Translations under genes and position numbers: made by a program
Shown: positions 47,976-58,795 of the stretch, piece after piece
Layout of the letters: every line of letters starts with the position of its first letter
Numbering within the stretch: the stretch's first letter is position 1
Notes under the pieces: model-generated
What the model was told of the DNA's origin: nothing
Seen by the model: the letters and a program-made list of their open reading frames with translations, nothing else
Database searches by the model: none
Source of the DNA: an uncultured Aliiroseovarius sp.
GTDB lineage: Bacteria > Pseudomonadota > Alphaproteobacteria > Rhodobacterales > Rhodobacteraceae
Direction of reading: 5' to 3'
DNA length: 64,000 bases
Assembly (NCBI RefSeq): GCF_947497285.1
Contig: NZ_CANMFT010000004.1
Coordinates: 305,595 to 369,594, forward strand

Positions 47976-49160
47976 ATGTTCGCCAAGCTGAAAGCTCAGC
48001 CAAAAGACAAGATCATGGCGCTGATGCAGCAATACCGCGAAGACCCGCGCGACGGTAAGATCGACCTTGGCGTCGGTGTTTACAAGAACGCGCAAGGCGT
48101 GACCCCGGTGATGCGTGCCGTTAAGGCGGCCGAGAAGGTGTTGTGGGATCTCGAAAGCACAAAATCCTATACCGGACTGGCCGGAGATCCCGCTTTCGGG
48201 CGCGCTTTGTCAAATCTGGTGCTGGGCGATTGCGTCGATGCTGACCGCCTGTCGATGGCCGCACAGCCCGGCGGCACTGGCGCGATCCACCAAGCGGTCG
48301 AGTTGATCAAGATGGCGTCGCCCGATGCCACGATCTGGCTGTCGGCGCCCACATGGCCGAACCACCCGTCGATCATCAAGCATCTGGGCATGAAGATGGC
48401 CGAGTATCGCTATTTCGACAATGAAAGCCGCGCGGTTGATTTTGACGGGATGATGGAAGACCTGAAAGCCATCAAGGCAGGTGACGCGGTGCTGCTGCAC
48501 GGCTGCTGCCACAACCCAACCGGTGCGAACCTGACCTTGCCCCAGTGGAAAGAGGTCGCCGCATTGATCGTTGATAAGGGCGCAACCCCTTTAATCGACA
48601 TCGCCTATCAGGGATTTGGTGACGGGCTGGAGGAAGACGCCGCCGGTGTCCGCCTGATCGCGCAGACAGTGCCCGAGGCTATGATCGCGGCCAGCTGCTC
48701 GAAAAACTTCGGCATCTACCGCGAGCGGACCGGGCTGCTGGTCGGCATCTCGGACAACGCCGAGCAGGCTGGCATCACGCAGCAAAACCTGACCCACCTG
48801 AACCGCCAGAATTTCAGCTTCCCGCCCGATCACGGTGCACGCCTTGTCACCATGATCCTTGAGGATGAGGGGCTGAAAGCCGAGTGGATGACTGAACTAG
48901 AGGACGTTCGCAAAGGCATGTTGTCCCTGCGTGAGGCGTTGGCAGGAGAGCTACGCGCGCGCACAGGCTCGGACCGCTTCGGCTTCATCGCCGATCACCG
49001 CGGCATGTTCTCGCGCCTTGGCGCCACGCCCGAACAGGTCGAGGCCCTGCGTGTTGATCATGGCATCTATATGGTGGGCGACTCGCGGATGAACATTGCT
49101 GGGTTGAATGAAGAGACCGTGCCCCTGCTGGCAGAGGCGATTGTAAAGGTTGGGGTTTAG
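47976..49160 (+). CDS. Aromatic amino acid / aspartate aminotransferase (class I)
   Basis: DLGVGVY, HGCCHNPTG, DIAYQGFG and SCSKNFGIYRER. Confidence 0.94.
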   Translation: MFAKLKAQPKDKIMALMQQYREDPRDGKIDLGVGVYKNAQGVTPVMRAVKAAEKVLWDLESTKSYTGLAGDPAFGRALSNLVLGDCVDADRLSMAAQPGGTGAIHQAVELIKMASPDATIWLSAPTWPNHPSIIKHLGMKMAEYRYFDNESRAVDFDGMMEDLKAIKAGDAVLLHGCCHNPTGANLTLPQWKEVAALIVDKGATPLIDIAYQGFGDGLEEDAAGVRLIAQTVPEAMIAASCSKNFGIYRERTGLLVGISDNAEQAGITQQNLTHLNRQNFSFPPDHGARLVTMILEDEGLKAEWMTELEDVRKGMLSLREALAGELRARTGSDRFGFIADHRGMFSRLGATPEQVEALRVDHGIYMVGDSRMNIAGLNEETVPLLAEAIVKVGV

Positions 49161-49273
49161 GCCCCAGCCGTTTCTCAGCGGTTCAGCCTTTCGCTATTGA
49201 CCGCGCCGCCGTCCAGCATACCAAGCGCGAGCCCGGTTCAGCTTGTTGCGATCAGGCTTTGAACGCTTGGTTC

Positions 49274-49645
49274 TCAACCGCGTGCGTCCAGATTGCACAG
49301 ACAGGCGATTGGCTCCGAACGGTCGGGTTGAAAGCTTGCACCGCTCGATGCCTCCGCGAGGGCGTCCATTTTCTTCGCCAGCTTAATATCCAGATTGCTT
49401 AGACCGTCGACATCATGTGTCGCCAAGGTGACATCGACAGTGCGATAGACATTAAGCCATTCCGGGTGATGGTTCCACTTTTCACACCAGATCGCTACGC
49501 GGGACATCCAGCCCCACGCCTCTACAAAATTAGGGAAGATATATACTTTCCGGATTGCATCACGGTCCGGGACCGCTCCCCATCCGGCTTCACCCAACGG
49601 GATTAGAAGTTCCTGGCGCTCTTCGGGTGTCAAAATATCTGCCAT
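49274..49645 (-). CDS. Pterin-4-alpha-carbinolamine dehydratase (PhhB/PCD family) with C-terminal extension
   Basis: NHHPEWLNVY, THDVDGLS and DIKLA. GGAGG SD before ATG 49645. Confidence 0.9.
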   Translation of the reverse strand: MADILTPEERQELLIPLGEAGWGAVPDRDAIRKVYIFPNFVEAWGWMSRVAIWCEKWNHHPEWLNVYRTVDVTLATHDVDGLSNLDIKLAKKMDALAEASSGASFQPDRSEPIACLCNLDARG

Positions 49646-49855
49646 ATCTGCGCACCTCCACTCCAAGGAGTATACCTTACCGAGCAGCCGCCGGAAATCC
49701 GTATCCGCCCTTGGCCTCAATCCAGTCGTTCAAGAAAGCGTTCGCAGTCAAAACAAAAAGAAAAGGGGACCTTCCAGCCCCCTTTTCCACCCTGTTGGCC
49801 TTGGCATTTGCGCGGCCAGCGTGGACCGGGGGTTTGTCCCCCGGCGTTTATTGTC

Positions 49856-51178
49856 TTACCCGTTGGTGAATTCCGGGTAGGCTTCCATGCCCATTTCGGC
49901 CATGTCCAGCCCGTTGACTTCCTCTTCTTCGCTGACCCGCAGGCCTATCGTGGCCTTGATGACCCCGAAGAAGATGAAGCTGACCACGAAGACGAAGATA
50001 CCGATGGCAAGGAAGCCCATGATCTGGGTGCCGAAGCTGGCATCTGCGTTGGTCCAGGCCACGATGAACGTTCCCCAGAAACCCGCCACAAGGTGCACCG
50101 GGATCGCACCAACCACGTCGTCGATCTTCAATTTGTCCAGCAGCGGGACCACGAAGACCACAATCGCACCCCCGATGCCGCCAATGATCAGCGACTGGAA
50201 CAGTGACGGGGCCAGCGGTTCGGCAGTGATAGACACCAGCCCTGCCAGCGCACCGTTCAAGGTCATCGTCAGGTCGACCTTTTTGAACAAAAGCTGTGTC
50301 ATCACCATCGCCACGATGGCACCGGACGCGGCCGCCATGTTGGTGTTGGCAAAGATGCGCGCCACGTCCGAGACATCCGAGATCGTGCCCATCGCCAGTT
50401 GCGAGCCACCATTGAAGCCAAACCAACCCAGCCACAGGATGAACGTGCCAAGCGTTGCAAGTGTCAGGTTGGACCCCGGCATCGGAATTGTGCGGCCGTC
50501 TTTGTATTTGCCAAGACGCGGTCCAAGGATCAGGGCGCCAGCCAAAGCGGCAAAGCCACCCGCAGCGTGCACCAGAGTCGAGCCTGCAAAGTCCGAGAAA
50601 CCAGCCTCCGACAACCAACCGCCGCCCCACTGCCAGCTTGCCTCAATCGGATAGATGAAGCCGGTCAGCACGACGACGAAGGCAAGGAAGGGCCACAGCT
50701 TGATGCGCTCTGCCAAGGTGCCGGACACGATCGAGGCCGTTGTCGCGCAAAACATCAACTGGAAGAAGAAGTCCGATGCGCCCGAGGCATACCCGACGTC
50801 CACGGCTTCCGCAGCAACACCAACCGGATCAAGCGAGGTCACGGCGAAGAACGGTCCCAGCCAGCCTTCGACCAACCAATCGCCGGGATACATAATCCCG
50901 TAGCCCGACAGCCAATACATGATCGCCGCGATGGAAAAGAGCGCGATGTTCTTGGTCAGCTGCATGGTCACGTTCTTGGAGCGGACCAAACCGGCCTCTA
51001 GCATGGCGAACCCGGCCGCCATCCAGAAGACCAGCACACCGCCCAAAAGGAACAGTACCGATGTCAGGATAAACTGCGTATGGGCTGCGGCCTCGCCGCT
51101 CACCTCTTGCGCGATAGCCAAACCGGGCATGGTTGCCAGCAGGGCCGTTGTAAGTGCAAATTTACGTGTCATTTTCAT
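49856..51178 (-). CDS. amtB: Ammonium transporter
   Basis: WMAAGFAMLEAG, FFFQLMF, DFAGSTLVH, LWLGWFGFNGGS and DDVVGAIPVH. Confidence 0.96.
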   Translation of the reverse strand: MKMTRKFALTTALLATMPGLAIAQEVSGEAAAHTQFILTSVLFLLGGVLVFWMAAGFAMLEAGLVRSKNVTMQLTKNIALFSIAAIMYWLSGYGIMYPGDWLVEGWLGPFFAVTSLDPVGVAAEAVDVGYASGASDFFFQLMFCATTASIVSGTLAERIKLWPFLAFVVVLTGFIYPIEASWQWGGGWLSEAGFSDFAGSTLVHAAGGFAALAGALILGPRLGKYKDGRTIPMPGSNLTLATLGTFILWLGWFGFNGGSQLAMGTISDVSDVARIFANTNMAAASGAIVAMVMTQLLFKKVDLTMTLNGALAGLVSITAEPLAPSLFQSLIIGGIGGAIVVFVVPLLDKLKIDDVVGAIPVHLVAGFWGTFIVAWTNADASFGTQIMGFLAIGIFVFVVSFIFFGVIKATIGLRVSEEEEVNGLDMAEMGMEAYPEFTNG

Positions 51179-51191
51179 TCCTTTCGCGCGC

Positions 51192-51530
51192 TCAAAGGGC
51201 GTTCAAGCCGGTTTCGCCGGTGCGCACGCGCAAAGCGTCGCCAACATCCAAAGTGAAAATCTTGCCATCGCCGATCTTGCCGGTATGTGCTGACTTCGCG
51301 ATCGTCTCGACCACGTCAGGGGCCAGATCGTCGCCCACGACGATTTCCAATTTCAGTTTTGGCAGGAAATTCACGGCGTATTCTGCGCCGCGATAAACTT
51401 CGGTATGACCCGACTGCGCGCCGAACCCTTTGATTTCAGTGACCATCATCCCCGTCACCCCGACCGAGGTCAGCGCTTCGCGCACCTCTTCCAGTTTGAA
51501 CGGTTTGATCGTTGCTATGATCAGCTTCAC
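51192..51530 (-). CDS. glnK: P-II nitrogen regulatory protein GlnK
   Basis: IKPFKL, T-loop HTEVYRGAEY and TGKIGDGKIF. GTG start at 51530 gives 112 aa; lies directly upstream of amtB. Confidence 0.96.
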   Translation of the reverse strand: MKLIIATIKPFKLEEVREALTSVGVTGMMVTEIKGFGAQSGHTEVYRGAEYAVNFLPKLKLEIVVGDDLAPDVVETIAKSAHTGKIGDGKIFTLDVGDALRVRTGETGLNAL

Positions 51531-51657
51531 AACCTTTTCCTTTCTGTCCCACATCCACGGCGCGCTTGATAAGGCGCGCCCTATGAGGTCATTCAGCGGG
51601 GCAAGAAGGGATAAAGGATAGAGATGGCAGAGGTTCGCCGACCTCTAAAACTGGCAT

Positions 51658-51706
51658 TGCGCAAAAAATGCTGCGGCTGCACAATGGTCTGCCTAATTTT
51701 TGAACA
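51658..51706. promoter_or_regulatory. Candidate NtrC binding sites upstream of glnK-amtB
   Basis: TGCCTAATTTTTGAACA (51690-51706) resembles TGC-N11(AT-rich)-GCA. A weaker second site starts 32 bp away at 51658. Confidence 0.5.
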
Positions 51707-51799
51707 ACGCGAAAAGTCGCAGGACCCGGTCGAACGGGCTACACTCTAGGAAAACGATTCGCTAATTTGGATCGACCGAGCAGACGCGGAACCAGTATC

Positions 51800-54004
51800 A
51801 TGAGCCCATCCGGCCCAAAGCGCCCCAAATTGGTGGCAGATAAACGCCATTCGACCAAGAAACCGGCGGCGAAAAAGCCCGTGCGGCGCAAGGCGCGCAA
51901 ATCCGCGCCCAAACGCACACGGCGCACACAACGTCCCAAGGGCATTCTTGGCTGGCCGATTTTCCTGATCGGTTGGGTCGTGCGATTGATCTGGCGTCTG
52001 ACATGGAAGGCGGCTGTCGTCGTGGCGTTGATCGTCGGGCTCGCGGTGTTCTATTTCGCCTCGACCATACCGGAGCTGAACGCGCTATTGGACGGACGCG
52101 CAAAGGGGTCGGTGACGATCCTCGACCGCTACGGCGCGGTCTATGCCTGGCGCGGCGACCAGCGCGGTCGCACGATCACGACACAAACGGTCAGCCCGGA
52201 TCTGAAAAACGCCGTCGTGGCAAGCGAGGATAAACGCTTTTATGGTCACATTGGTCTAAGCCCGCGCGGCATTGCCAGCGCCGTTCGCATCAACCTGAGC
52301 GAAGGGCGCGGACCCTTGTCCGGACATGGCGGGTCAACGTTGACACAGCAGGTGGCAAAGCTGCTTTGCCTTGGTGTCCCCTACGATCCCGACCAGTGGA
52401 AAAATGAAGCGGCCTATGAGGCGGATTGCCGGCAAGGTTCGCTTCGGCGCAAAATCAAAGAAGCCATTTATGCCTTGGCGCTAGAGGCCAAGTTCTCGAA
52501 AGACGAGATCCTGACGATCTATCTGAACCGCGCCTATCTTGGCGCCGGGTCGCACGGGTTTGACGCGGCCGCCCAGCGGTATTTCGCGATCCCGGCATCG
52601 GATCTGAACCCGGCGCAGGCCGCAATGCTGGCGGGCATGCTGCCCAAACCGTCGATCTATGCGCCGACTGCGAACCTCAAGCGATCGCAGGATCGCGCAG
52701 CGACCGTGCTGCGCCTGATGAACGAACAGGGCTATCTGAGCGACGCTGAAACGGCGAAATACCAAGCCGCCCCTGCAACCCTGTCGAGGGCCGCGAAAGC
52801 GCAAGCTGGCGGCTATTTCGCGGATTGGATCATGGGCGACCTGCCTGCCTTTCTGACGCGCAAGACCACAGAGGATGTGATCATCAAGACCACGCTTGAC
52901 CCTCGCATCCAGACCGCCGCGGAAGACGCGATGGCCGAAATTTTTGCAACCAAGGTTTCGTCCGGGTCCAAAGCCGAAGCCGCGATTGTGGTGATGAGCT
53001 CAGACGGTGCCGTGCGCGGTATGGTCGGTGGGCGTGAAACCAAGGTGACAGGTGCCTTCAACCGGGCGACGCAGGCCAAGCGCCAGACCGGGTCCGCCTT
53101 CAAACCGTTCGTCTATGCGGCTGCGTTGGACATGGGCTATCGCTGGGATGATTTCATATTGGATGAACCCTATTGCGTAAACGTCCCCGGATCGGGCGAA
53201 TGGTGCCCCAAAAACTATACCCGCAAACACTATGGCAATGTCAGCCTGACCGAGGCTTTGGCCCGGTCACTGAACATCCCCGCCGTGAAAGTGGCCGAAG
53301 ATGTGGGGCTGGAAGCGGTGCGTAGTGTCGCGTCGATGTTCGGCATTGAAAGCGATCTGGCCGCTGGGCCTGCGTTGGCATTGGGCGCGTCGGAAAGCAC
53401 CTTGCTTGAAACCACGGGGGCCTTTGCGGGCATTCTGAACGGCGGGTCCGCGGTCATTCCCTACGGCCTGACAGAACTTAGCCTTGTCGGCGAAAACGAT
53501 CCGCTGATGACGCAATCTGGCGGCATTGGCGAACGCGTGATTTCGCAACAGGCAGCCCAACAACTGGTCTATATGATGAGCCGCGTGGTCGAAGCCGGCA
53601 CCGGTGGTCGCGCAAAGATCGACGGGCTAGAGATTGCAGGCAAGACCGGCACCACGAACTCGTCCCGCGATGCGTGGTTTATTGGGTTCACCGCGGAATA
53701 TGTGATGGGTGTATGGATGGGCTATGACGACAACACTCCCTTGAAAGGCGTCACCGGCGGCGGACTGCCCGCCGAGATGTGGCACGAGGCGATGGTGCGC
53801 ATCCAGTCAGAGCTTGTGCCAAGTCCGCTTCCGATGATCCGCCCGGGCAGCGCTCCGCGCTTTGATGGCGATGTCATGACTTCGGACGGTCGAAACGGCG
53901 GCCTGTTCCAAGACAACGGGCGTCAAGGTGGGCAAACCGTGCAAGAAGCGGTCGAGGACGCCTTTATCGGCGTGCTGCGGTCGATCTTTGGCCAGAAAAA
54001 CTAG
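51800..54004 (+). CDS. Class A penicillin-binding protein (PBP1A family)
   Basis: EDKRFY, GGSTLTQQ, RKIKE, GSAFKP (SxxK), SLN and KTGTT. Start moved to ATG 51800. Confidence 0.95.
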   Translation: MSPSGPKRPKLVADKRHSTKKPAAKKPVRRKARKSAPKRTRRTQRPKGILGWPIFLIGWVVRLIWRLTWKAAVVVALIVGLAVFYFASTIPELNALLDGRAKGSVTILDRYGAVYAWRGDQRGRTITTQTVSPDLKNAVVASEDKRFYGHIGLSPRGIASAVRINLSEGRGPLSGHGGSTLTQQVAKLLCLGVPYDPDQWKNEAAYEADCRQGSLRRKIKEAIYALALEAKFSKDEILTIYLNRAYLGAGSHGFDAAAQRYFAIPASDLNPAQAAMLAGMLPKPSIYAPTANLKRSQDRAATVLRLMNEQGYLSDAETAKYQAAPATLSRAAKAQAGGYFADWIMGDLPAFLTRKTTEDVIIKTTLDPRIQTAAEDAMAEIFATKVSSGSKAEAAIVVMSSDGAVRGMVGGRETKVTGAFNRATQAKRQTGSAFKPFVYAAALDMGYRWDDFILDEPYCVNVPGSGEWCPKNYTRKHYGNVSLTEALARSLNIPAVKVAEDVGLEAVRSVASMFGIESDLAAGPALALGASESTLLETTGAFAGILNGGSAVIPYGLTELSLVGENDPLMTQSGGIGERVISQQAAQQLVYMMSRVVEAGTGGRAKIDGLEIAGKTGTTNSSRDAWFIGFTAEYVMGVWMGYDDNTPLKGVTGGGLPAEMWHEAMVRIQSELVPSPLPMIRPGSAPRFDGDVMTSDGRNGGLFQDNGRQGGQTVQEAVEDAFIGVLRSIFGQKN

Positions 54005-54030
54005 TCTCGAGCCGCACAGGACCCAAAACA

Positions 54031-54065
54031 AAAAAACACCCCCAACGCGGCGCGTGGGGGTGTGT
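54031..54065. terminator. Terminator between the convergent PBP and mlaC genes
   Basis: CACCCCCA...TGGGGGTG hairpin preceded by an A-run (U-tract on the minus strand). Confidence 0.75.
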
Positions 54066-54086
54066 ACTTCTCGATTTCAAGTCGGC

Positions 54087-54704
54087 TTAGCCCGCTTGAA
54101 GATCCGCGATCAACTGGTTCAGATCGCCTTTGCGCCGATCCAGCATCGCACCGATTTCCTTGCGTTCAGACTTCACGATCGAAATGCCTTCGACCTGCAT
54201 GTCAATGAATTTGCCGTTCTTTGCGGACACGACGAACACAACGTCGAAGGGTGACTTGCCCTTCAGCTGTGTCTTTGTCAGCACCTCGAAGCGGCTCTTC
54301 ACCGTTTTCGAGCTGACGACATCGATACGACCGCCTTCGAATTCGCGGAACCGGCTGCCATACCGGCGCGCGATATAGCTGCGGAACGCCTTGACGAAAG
54401 CGCTTTTCTGCGCGGCGCTGGCAGACCTGCCATCCGGCCCAAGGGCAGACAGCGCAATGAAATCCACGTCAGCGTATTTCGCAAACACGCCTTCGAAACG
54501 CTGAATCATGGCGCTTTCTGAAGTGCCCGAATTGATGATCGCGTTGATGTCGCTGACCACTTTGCCAATCAGGCTTTCCGCCTTGTCTGCCGTGATTGCG
54601 GCCATGGCTCGGCCCGGAAAAGTCGCCAAGACACACAACCCGCCGATTCCGCCCAGGACGGCGCGACGTGTCAGTGACGTTCGGTTACCCATCATATGCA
54701 TCAT
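54087..54704 (-). CDS. mlaC: MlaC/Ttg2D phospholipid-binding protein
   Basis: Twin-arginine-like signal LTRRAVLGG, and IDMQVEGISIVKSERKEI. Start is one of several nearby ATGs (54692-54704). Confidence 0.85.
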   Translation of the reverse strand: MMHMMGNRTSLTRRAVLGGIGGLCVLATFPGRAMAAITADKAESLIGKVVSDINAIINSGTSESAMIQRFEGVFAKYADVDFIALSALGPDGRSASAAQKSAFVKAFRSYIARRYGSRFREFEGGRIDVVSSKTVKSRFEVLTKTQLKGKSPFDVVFVVSAKNGKFIDMQVEGISIVKSERKEIGAMLDRRKGDLNQLIADLQAG

Positions 54705-55476
54705 AAATATCCTCAAGTTCGTCGTCTTCGACTTCGATACCCAGTTCATACCGGCGCGAATCCAGATAGTAGAGCTGCATCAATTCGTAGCCACTTTCAC
54801 TATAGTAAAATTCGTCGATCGTATCGCCAAAGGCGTAGCGATCACCAAATTTTGACAGGACATACGCGGCCTTGGGTAGGTGCTTGACCTCAGTCGGCAA
54901 GGCCAGGCTTAGCGGGTTCAGCACAAAATCAACCAATATGCCGAAACCATCACGTTCGGTCGAGGGACCAAAGAAGGGCAGCACCACATAGTCGCCCTCC
55001 GGCGCGCCCCAGACATGCAGGGTTTCCCCGAAGTCGCTTTTACGCTCTTCCAGTCCGATATCGGTCGCGACATCGAAGATACCCAACAGGCCAAACGTGC
55101 TGTTGAACAAGAAGCGCACAGCGTTGTGGGCGGCGTCTTCGATGTTGCCCTGAAGGATATTGTTCGCCACGACGCCTGGAAGTCCGGCATTGTCGGAAAA
55201 CAGTTCGACCGCATCGCGCGCAGGCCGGGGCAGGACTTCGCCGTAAGCATTGGATGCCGGCGAGACAAAAATCTTGTCCAAATCCACGTTTGCTGCGTGG
55301 GTGCGTCGGTTCTTCACCTCGTGCGGGTCATCATATCCTGATGGGGCTGGTGCCTTCGCACAGGCTCCAAGCGACATCAAAGCGATACCGGCCACTGCCG
55401 GGAGGGATTTGGCGTTAAAAATTTTCACGTTGGCAATCGTTGATTTTGGCAGTTTCACTTGGCGTTGGTCACACAT
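54685..55476 (-). CDS. mlaA: MlaA/VacJ lipoprotein
   Basis: Lipobox LGA|C, RFLFNSTFGLLG, DFGETLHVWG and YVVLPFFGPST. Confidence 0.93.
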   Translation of the reverse strand: MCDQRQVKLPKSTIANVKIFNAKSLPAVAGIALMSLGACAKAPAPSGYDDPHEVKNRRTHAANVDLDKIFVSPASNAYGEVLPRPARDAVELFSDNAGLPGVVANNILQGNIEDAAHNAVRFLFNSTFGLLGIFDVATDIGLEERKSDFGETLHVWGAPEGDYVVLPFFGPSTERDGFGILVDFVLNPLSLALPTEVKHLPKAAYVLSKFGDRYAFGDTIDEFYYSESGYELMQLYYLDSRRYELGIEVEDDELEDIYDAYDG

Positions 55477-55615
55477 AATGGATGAAGTCTCAATGCACAG
55501 ATGTTAACAGTTTGGCAGCCATTCGATGTGACTAATTGGCGACACTCTACAGGCAGATTCTCGCCGACACCAGAAGGGTTATCCTTAAGGTCTGAAAAGC
55601 AGGTGAACATGCGGA

Positions 55616-57361
55616 TTGATGGGTATGCAGGAAACTGAACACGAACGCGGGTTGGAAGAATTGCGCGCTGTGCGCCGCAATGCGCGTGGCCTGTTGTGGA
55701 GCGTCGCGCTCTTTTCGGTATTCGTTAATTTGTTGATGCTGACGGCGCCGCTCTACATGTTGCAACTCTATGATCGCGTGCTCGGCAGCCGGTCCGAAGC
55801 GACCCTGATTGCCCTAACCATATTGATGGGGTTTCTGTTCGCAATGATGGGCTTTCTGGACTATGCGCGCGGGCGCATTCTGGCGCGGGTCGGCGCGCAG
55901 TTCCAGTCGGGGCTGGACGAACGCGTCTTTTCGGCCGTGTTGCGCCGCGCCCCACCGGGTCCGAACCAGCAGATCGCAACAGCAGGTCTGCGCGACCTTG
56001 AGGCGATCCAAAAATTGCTGTCGAGCCCGGTCATCACGGCCGCATTCGACATACCGTGGACCCCCATCTTCCTGTTTGCCATCGCGATTTTCCACCCGTG
56101 GCTGGGCATACTTGCGGTTGTCGGGGGCGCAATTCTGATTGCGATCACGGCGCTGAACCAGATTTTGACGAAGGCGCCCGTGACATTGGCGACGACGGCG
56201 ACGATGAAAGCCGACCAGATGGCCGAACAACTGCGAACCGAAGCCGAAATGGTGCGCGCACTTGGCATGTCGGGTGCGGCCTATCAACGGTGGCACAAGG
56301 CGCGGTCTTCAGCCCTGGACCAAAGCGTGCGGGCAGCTGACCTTCAGGGGCAGTTCTCAACGATCTCGAAGACATTTCGCCAGTTTCTGCAATCGGCAAT
56401 GTTGGGTTTGGGCGCTTATCTGGCGCTACAGGGCGAAATCTCACCGGGAGCGATGATTGCCGGTTCGATCCTTTTGGGGCGCGCGCTTGCGCCTGTTGAT
56501 ATGGCGATCAACCAATGGCCGCTGATCCAACGAGCGCGCACAGGCTGGGCTGGGCTTGGTGTTCTGCTGGCCGAAGTGCCGCTGGACGATCGACGCACCG
56601 AATTGCCCCGTCCGACCGCTCATCTGCGGGCTGAAAACGTCACCGTGTTTCCGCCGGGGAAAAGTCAGGCCGTGCTCCGCAGCGTAACCTTCGAAGTAAA
56701 GCCCGGACTGGCGCTTGGCATCATCGGCCCCTCGGGCGCCGGCAAATCGACGCTTGCGCGCGTCATCACGGGCGTGGTCACGCCGTCTGGCGGAACCGTC
56801 CGACTGGATGGTGCGGCGCTGGATCACTACACGCCCGAAGCACTGGGACGCTATCTTGGTTATCTTCCCCAGCGCGTTCAGCTTTTTGGCGGAAGCATCG
56901 CCGAGAACATCGCAGGGCTTGATCTGGAACCGGACCCGGCCCAAGTGGTCGCTGCCGCCCGGCTGGCCGACGCGCATGAGCTGATCCTGTCCTTGCCCGA
57001 TGGATATGACACGCTGGTTTCGCCGGGCGACAGCATCCTGTCCGGCGGTCAAATGCAGCGTATCGGGCTTGCGCGCGCGCTTTACGGTGACCCGGCGGTG
57101 CTGGTGCTGGACGAGCCGAACTCCAACCTCGACAACATCGGCACCCGGGCGCTGAACACCGCGATCCGGCAGGTCAAGGCGCGCGGCGGAGCGGTGCTGA
57201 TCATGGCGCACCGTCCAGCCGCCATTCAGGAATGCGAGCTGCTTATGGTGCTTGACGGCGGCATGGTCAAAGGATTTGGCCCACGTGACGAAGTGCTGCA
57301 AGCCCATGTTCAGAACGCGCAGCAAATTCAGACGGCGCAGGGCAAAGGCGGGATCAGTTGA
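55616..57361 (+). CDS. Type I secretion ABC permease/ATPase (PrtD/AprD family)
   Basis: [34 protein letters not shown] and LDEPNSNLD. Confidence 0.94.
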   Translation: MMGMQETEHERGLEELRAVRRNARGLLWSVALFSVFVNLLMLTAPLYMLQLYDRVLGSRSEATLIALTILMGFLFAMMGFLDYARGRILARVGAQFQSGLDERVFSAVLRRAPPGPNQQIATAGLRDLEAIQKLLSSPVITAAFDIPWTPIFLFAIAIFHPWLGILAVVGGAILIAITALNQILTKAPVTLATTATMKADQMAEQLRTEAEMVRALGMSGAAYQRWHKARSSALDQSVRAADLQGQFSTISKTFRQFLQSAMLGLGAYLALQGEISPGAMIAGSILLGRALAPVDMAINQWPLIQRARTGWAGLGVLLAEVPLDDRRTELPRPTAHLRAENVTVFPPGKSQAVLRSVTFEVKPGLALGIIGPSGAGKSTLARVITGVVTPSGGTVRLDGAALDHYTPEALGRYLGYLPQRVQLFGGSIAENIAGLDLEPDPAQVVAAARLADAHELILSLPDGYDTLVSPGDSILSGGQMQRIGLARALYGDPAVLVLDEPNSNLDNIGTRALNTAIRQVKARGGAVLIMAHRPAAIQECELLMVLDGGMVKGFGPRDEVLQAHVQNAQQIQTAQGKGGIS

Positions 57362-58662
57362 TGGCAGACAAAACCTATTCCGCACGTGCGCCACTGATTG
57401 TAGGTTTTGTCGCCTTGCTTGTTCTGGTCGGCGGGTTCGGCACATGGGCTGTCGCCACCCGCCTTGCCGGTGCCATCGTTGCTTCGGGACAGGTCGAGGT
57501 CGACCAGAACCGACAAGTTGTCCAGCATCCGGATGGTGGCGTCGTCACATCCATTCGGGTCGAAGATGGGGACATCGTGTCCGCAGGCGATTTGCTGGTC
57601 CAACTGGACCCATCTCGGCTGGCCTCGCAACTGACCATCATCGACGGTCAGTATTTTGAACTGCTGGCGCGGGAGGCGCGATTGGAAGCTGAACGCGACG
57701 GCACAGAGGCGCTCGCCTTTCCCGAAGCTCTGGAAACCCGCGCGCGCAACCGGCCCGAGGTGCGCGCCTTGATGGACGGTCAGACCCGCTTGTTTGAATC
57801 GCGGCGCGTCACCTTGGCGTCGCAGGTCGAACAACTGCAAAAACGCAAAGCTCAGGTTGAGCAGCAGATCGAAGGACTTGTGGCCCAGCGCATCGCCCTG
57901 GACCAACAACTTGCCCTGATCCGCGAAGAGCTGACCAACCAACAAACGCTGCTTCAGAAAGGGCTGGCGCAAGCGTCGCGCGTGTTGGCGTTGCAGCGTG
58001 AAGAGGCCGGTCTTCTGGGCCGGTTGGGCGAGATTGCCGCCGCAAAGGCTGAGGCCGAAGTGCGCGTGACCGAAACCGAACTTCAAGTGCTCGCCCTTGG
58101 CACCGAACGGCGCGAACAAGCGATCACCGATCTGCGCGATCTTCAGGCGACCACGCTTGAACTTGCCGAACAACGACGCAGCATCGCCGAACAGCTTGAC
58201 CGGCTTGATATCCGGGCGCCGCTGTCGGGCGTGGTTCATGGCATGCAGGTCCATGCGGAACGCTCGGTCATTCAACCCGCGCAGCCGGTGCTTTATATCG
58301 TGCCTCAGGATCGGCCCTTGGTCATCGCAGCACAGGTTGATCCGATCCATGTGGATCAGGTTTTCATTGGCCAGCAAGTGAACCTGAAATTCCCTGCGTT
58401 TGACAGTGCCGAAGCCCCCGATCTTCTGGGGCACGTGGTCAAAGTCTCAGCCGACGCGTTTTCAGATGACACGACCGGGCGCAGCTTTTATCGGGCCGAA
58501 ATCCAACTGGACGAAGGCGAGATTGCGCGCCTTCCGACTGGTGCCGTGTTGATTCCCGGCATGCCGGTATCCGCTTTCATCCGAACGGTGGATCGCAGCC
58601 CGCTATCCTATCTAGTGCAGCCCCTGTCAGACTATTTCAACAAGGCCCTGCGCGAAAGCTGA
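57361..58662 (+). CDS. HlyD-family type I secretion periplasmic adaptor (PrtE/AprE family)
   Basis: [10 protein letters not shown], long coiled coil, IRAPLSGVV and IPGMPV. Confidence 0.94.
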   Translation: MADKTYSARAPLIVGFVALLVLVGGFGTWAVATRLAGAIVASGQVEVDQNRQVVQHPDGGVVTSIRVEDGDIVSAGDLLVQLDPSRLASQLTIIDGQYFELLAREARLEAERDGTEALAFPEALETRARNRPEVRALMDGQTRLFESRRVTLASQVEQLQKRKAQVEQQIEGLVAQRIALDQQLALIREELTNQQTLLQKGLAQASRVLALQREEAGLLGRLGEIAAAKAEAEVRVTETELQVLALGTERREQAITDLRDLQATTLELAEQRRSIAEQLDRLDIRAPLSGVVHGMQVHAERSVIQPAQPVLYIVPQDRPLVIAAQVDPIHVDQVFIGQQVNLKFPAFDSAEAPDLLGHVVKVSADAFSDDTTGRSFYRAEIQLDEGEIARLPTGAVLIPGMPVSAFIRTVDRSPLSYLVQPLSDYFNKALRES

Positions 58663-58795
58663 CCCTTGTCTGTCGGCGCAAAGGTCAGTCGAAACCGGGC
58701 CGTCTTGGGTCGCTTTCACCCTTTTCTGGTGCGCCAAGCCGGGCTAGCGTCTGTGCAGACCCGCTGCGCGGTAGTTCAACAAAAAAGGACGCAAC

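Noticed and set aside
37967-58434. Long antisense ORFs (e.g. 37967-39424, 45314-46552, 56441-57445, 57328-58434)
   Set aside because: They lie opposite well-supported genes, lack family motifs, and are expected from high-GC codon bias.
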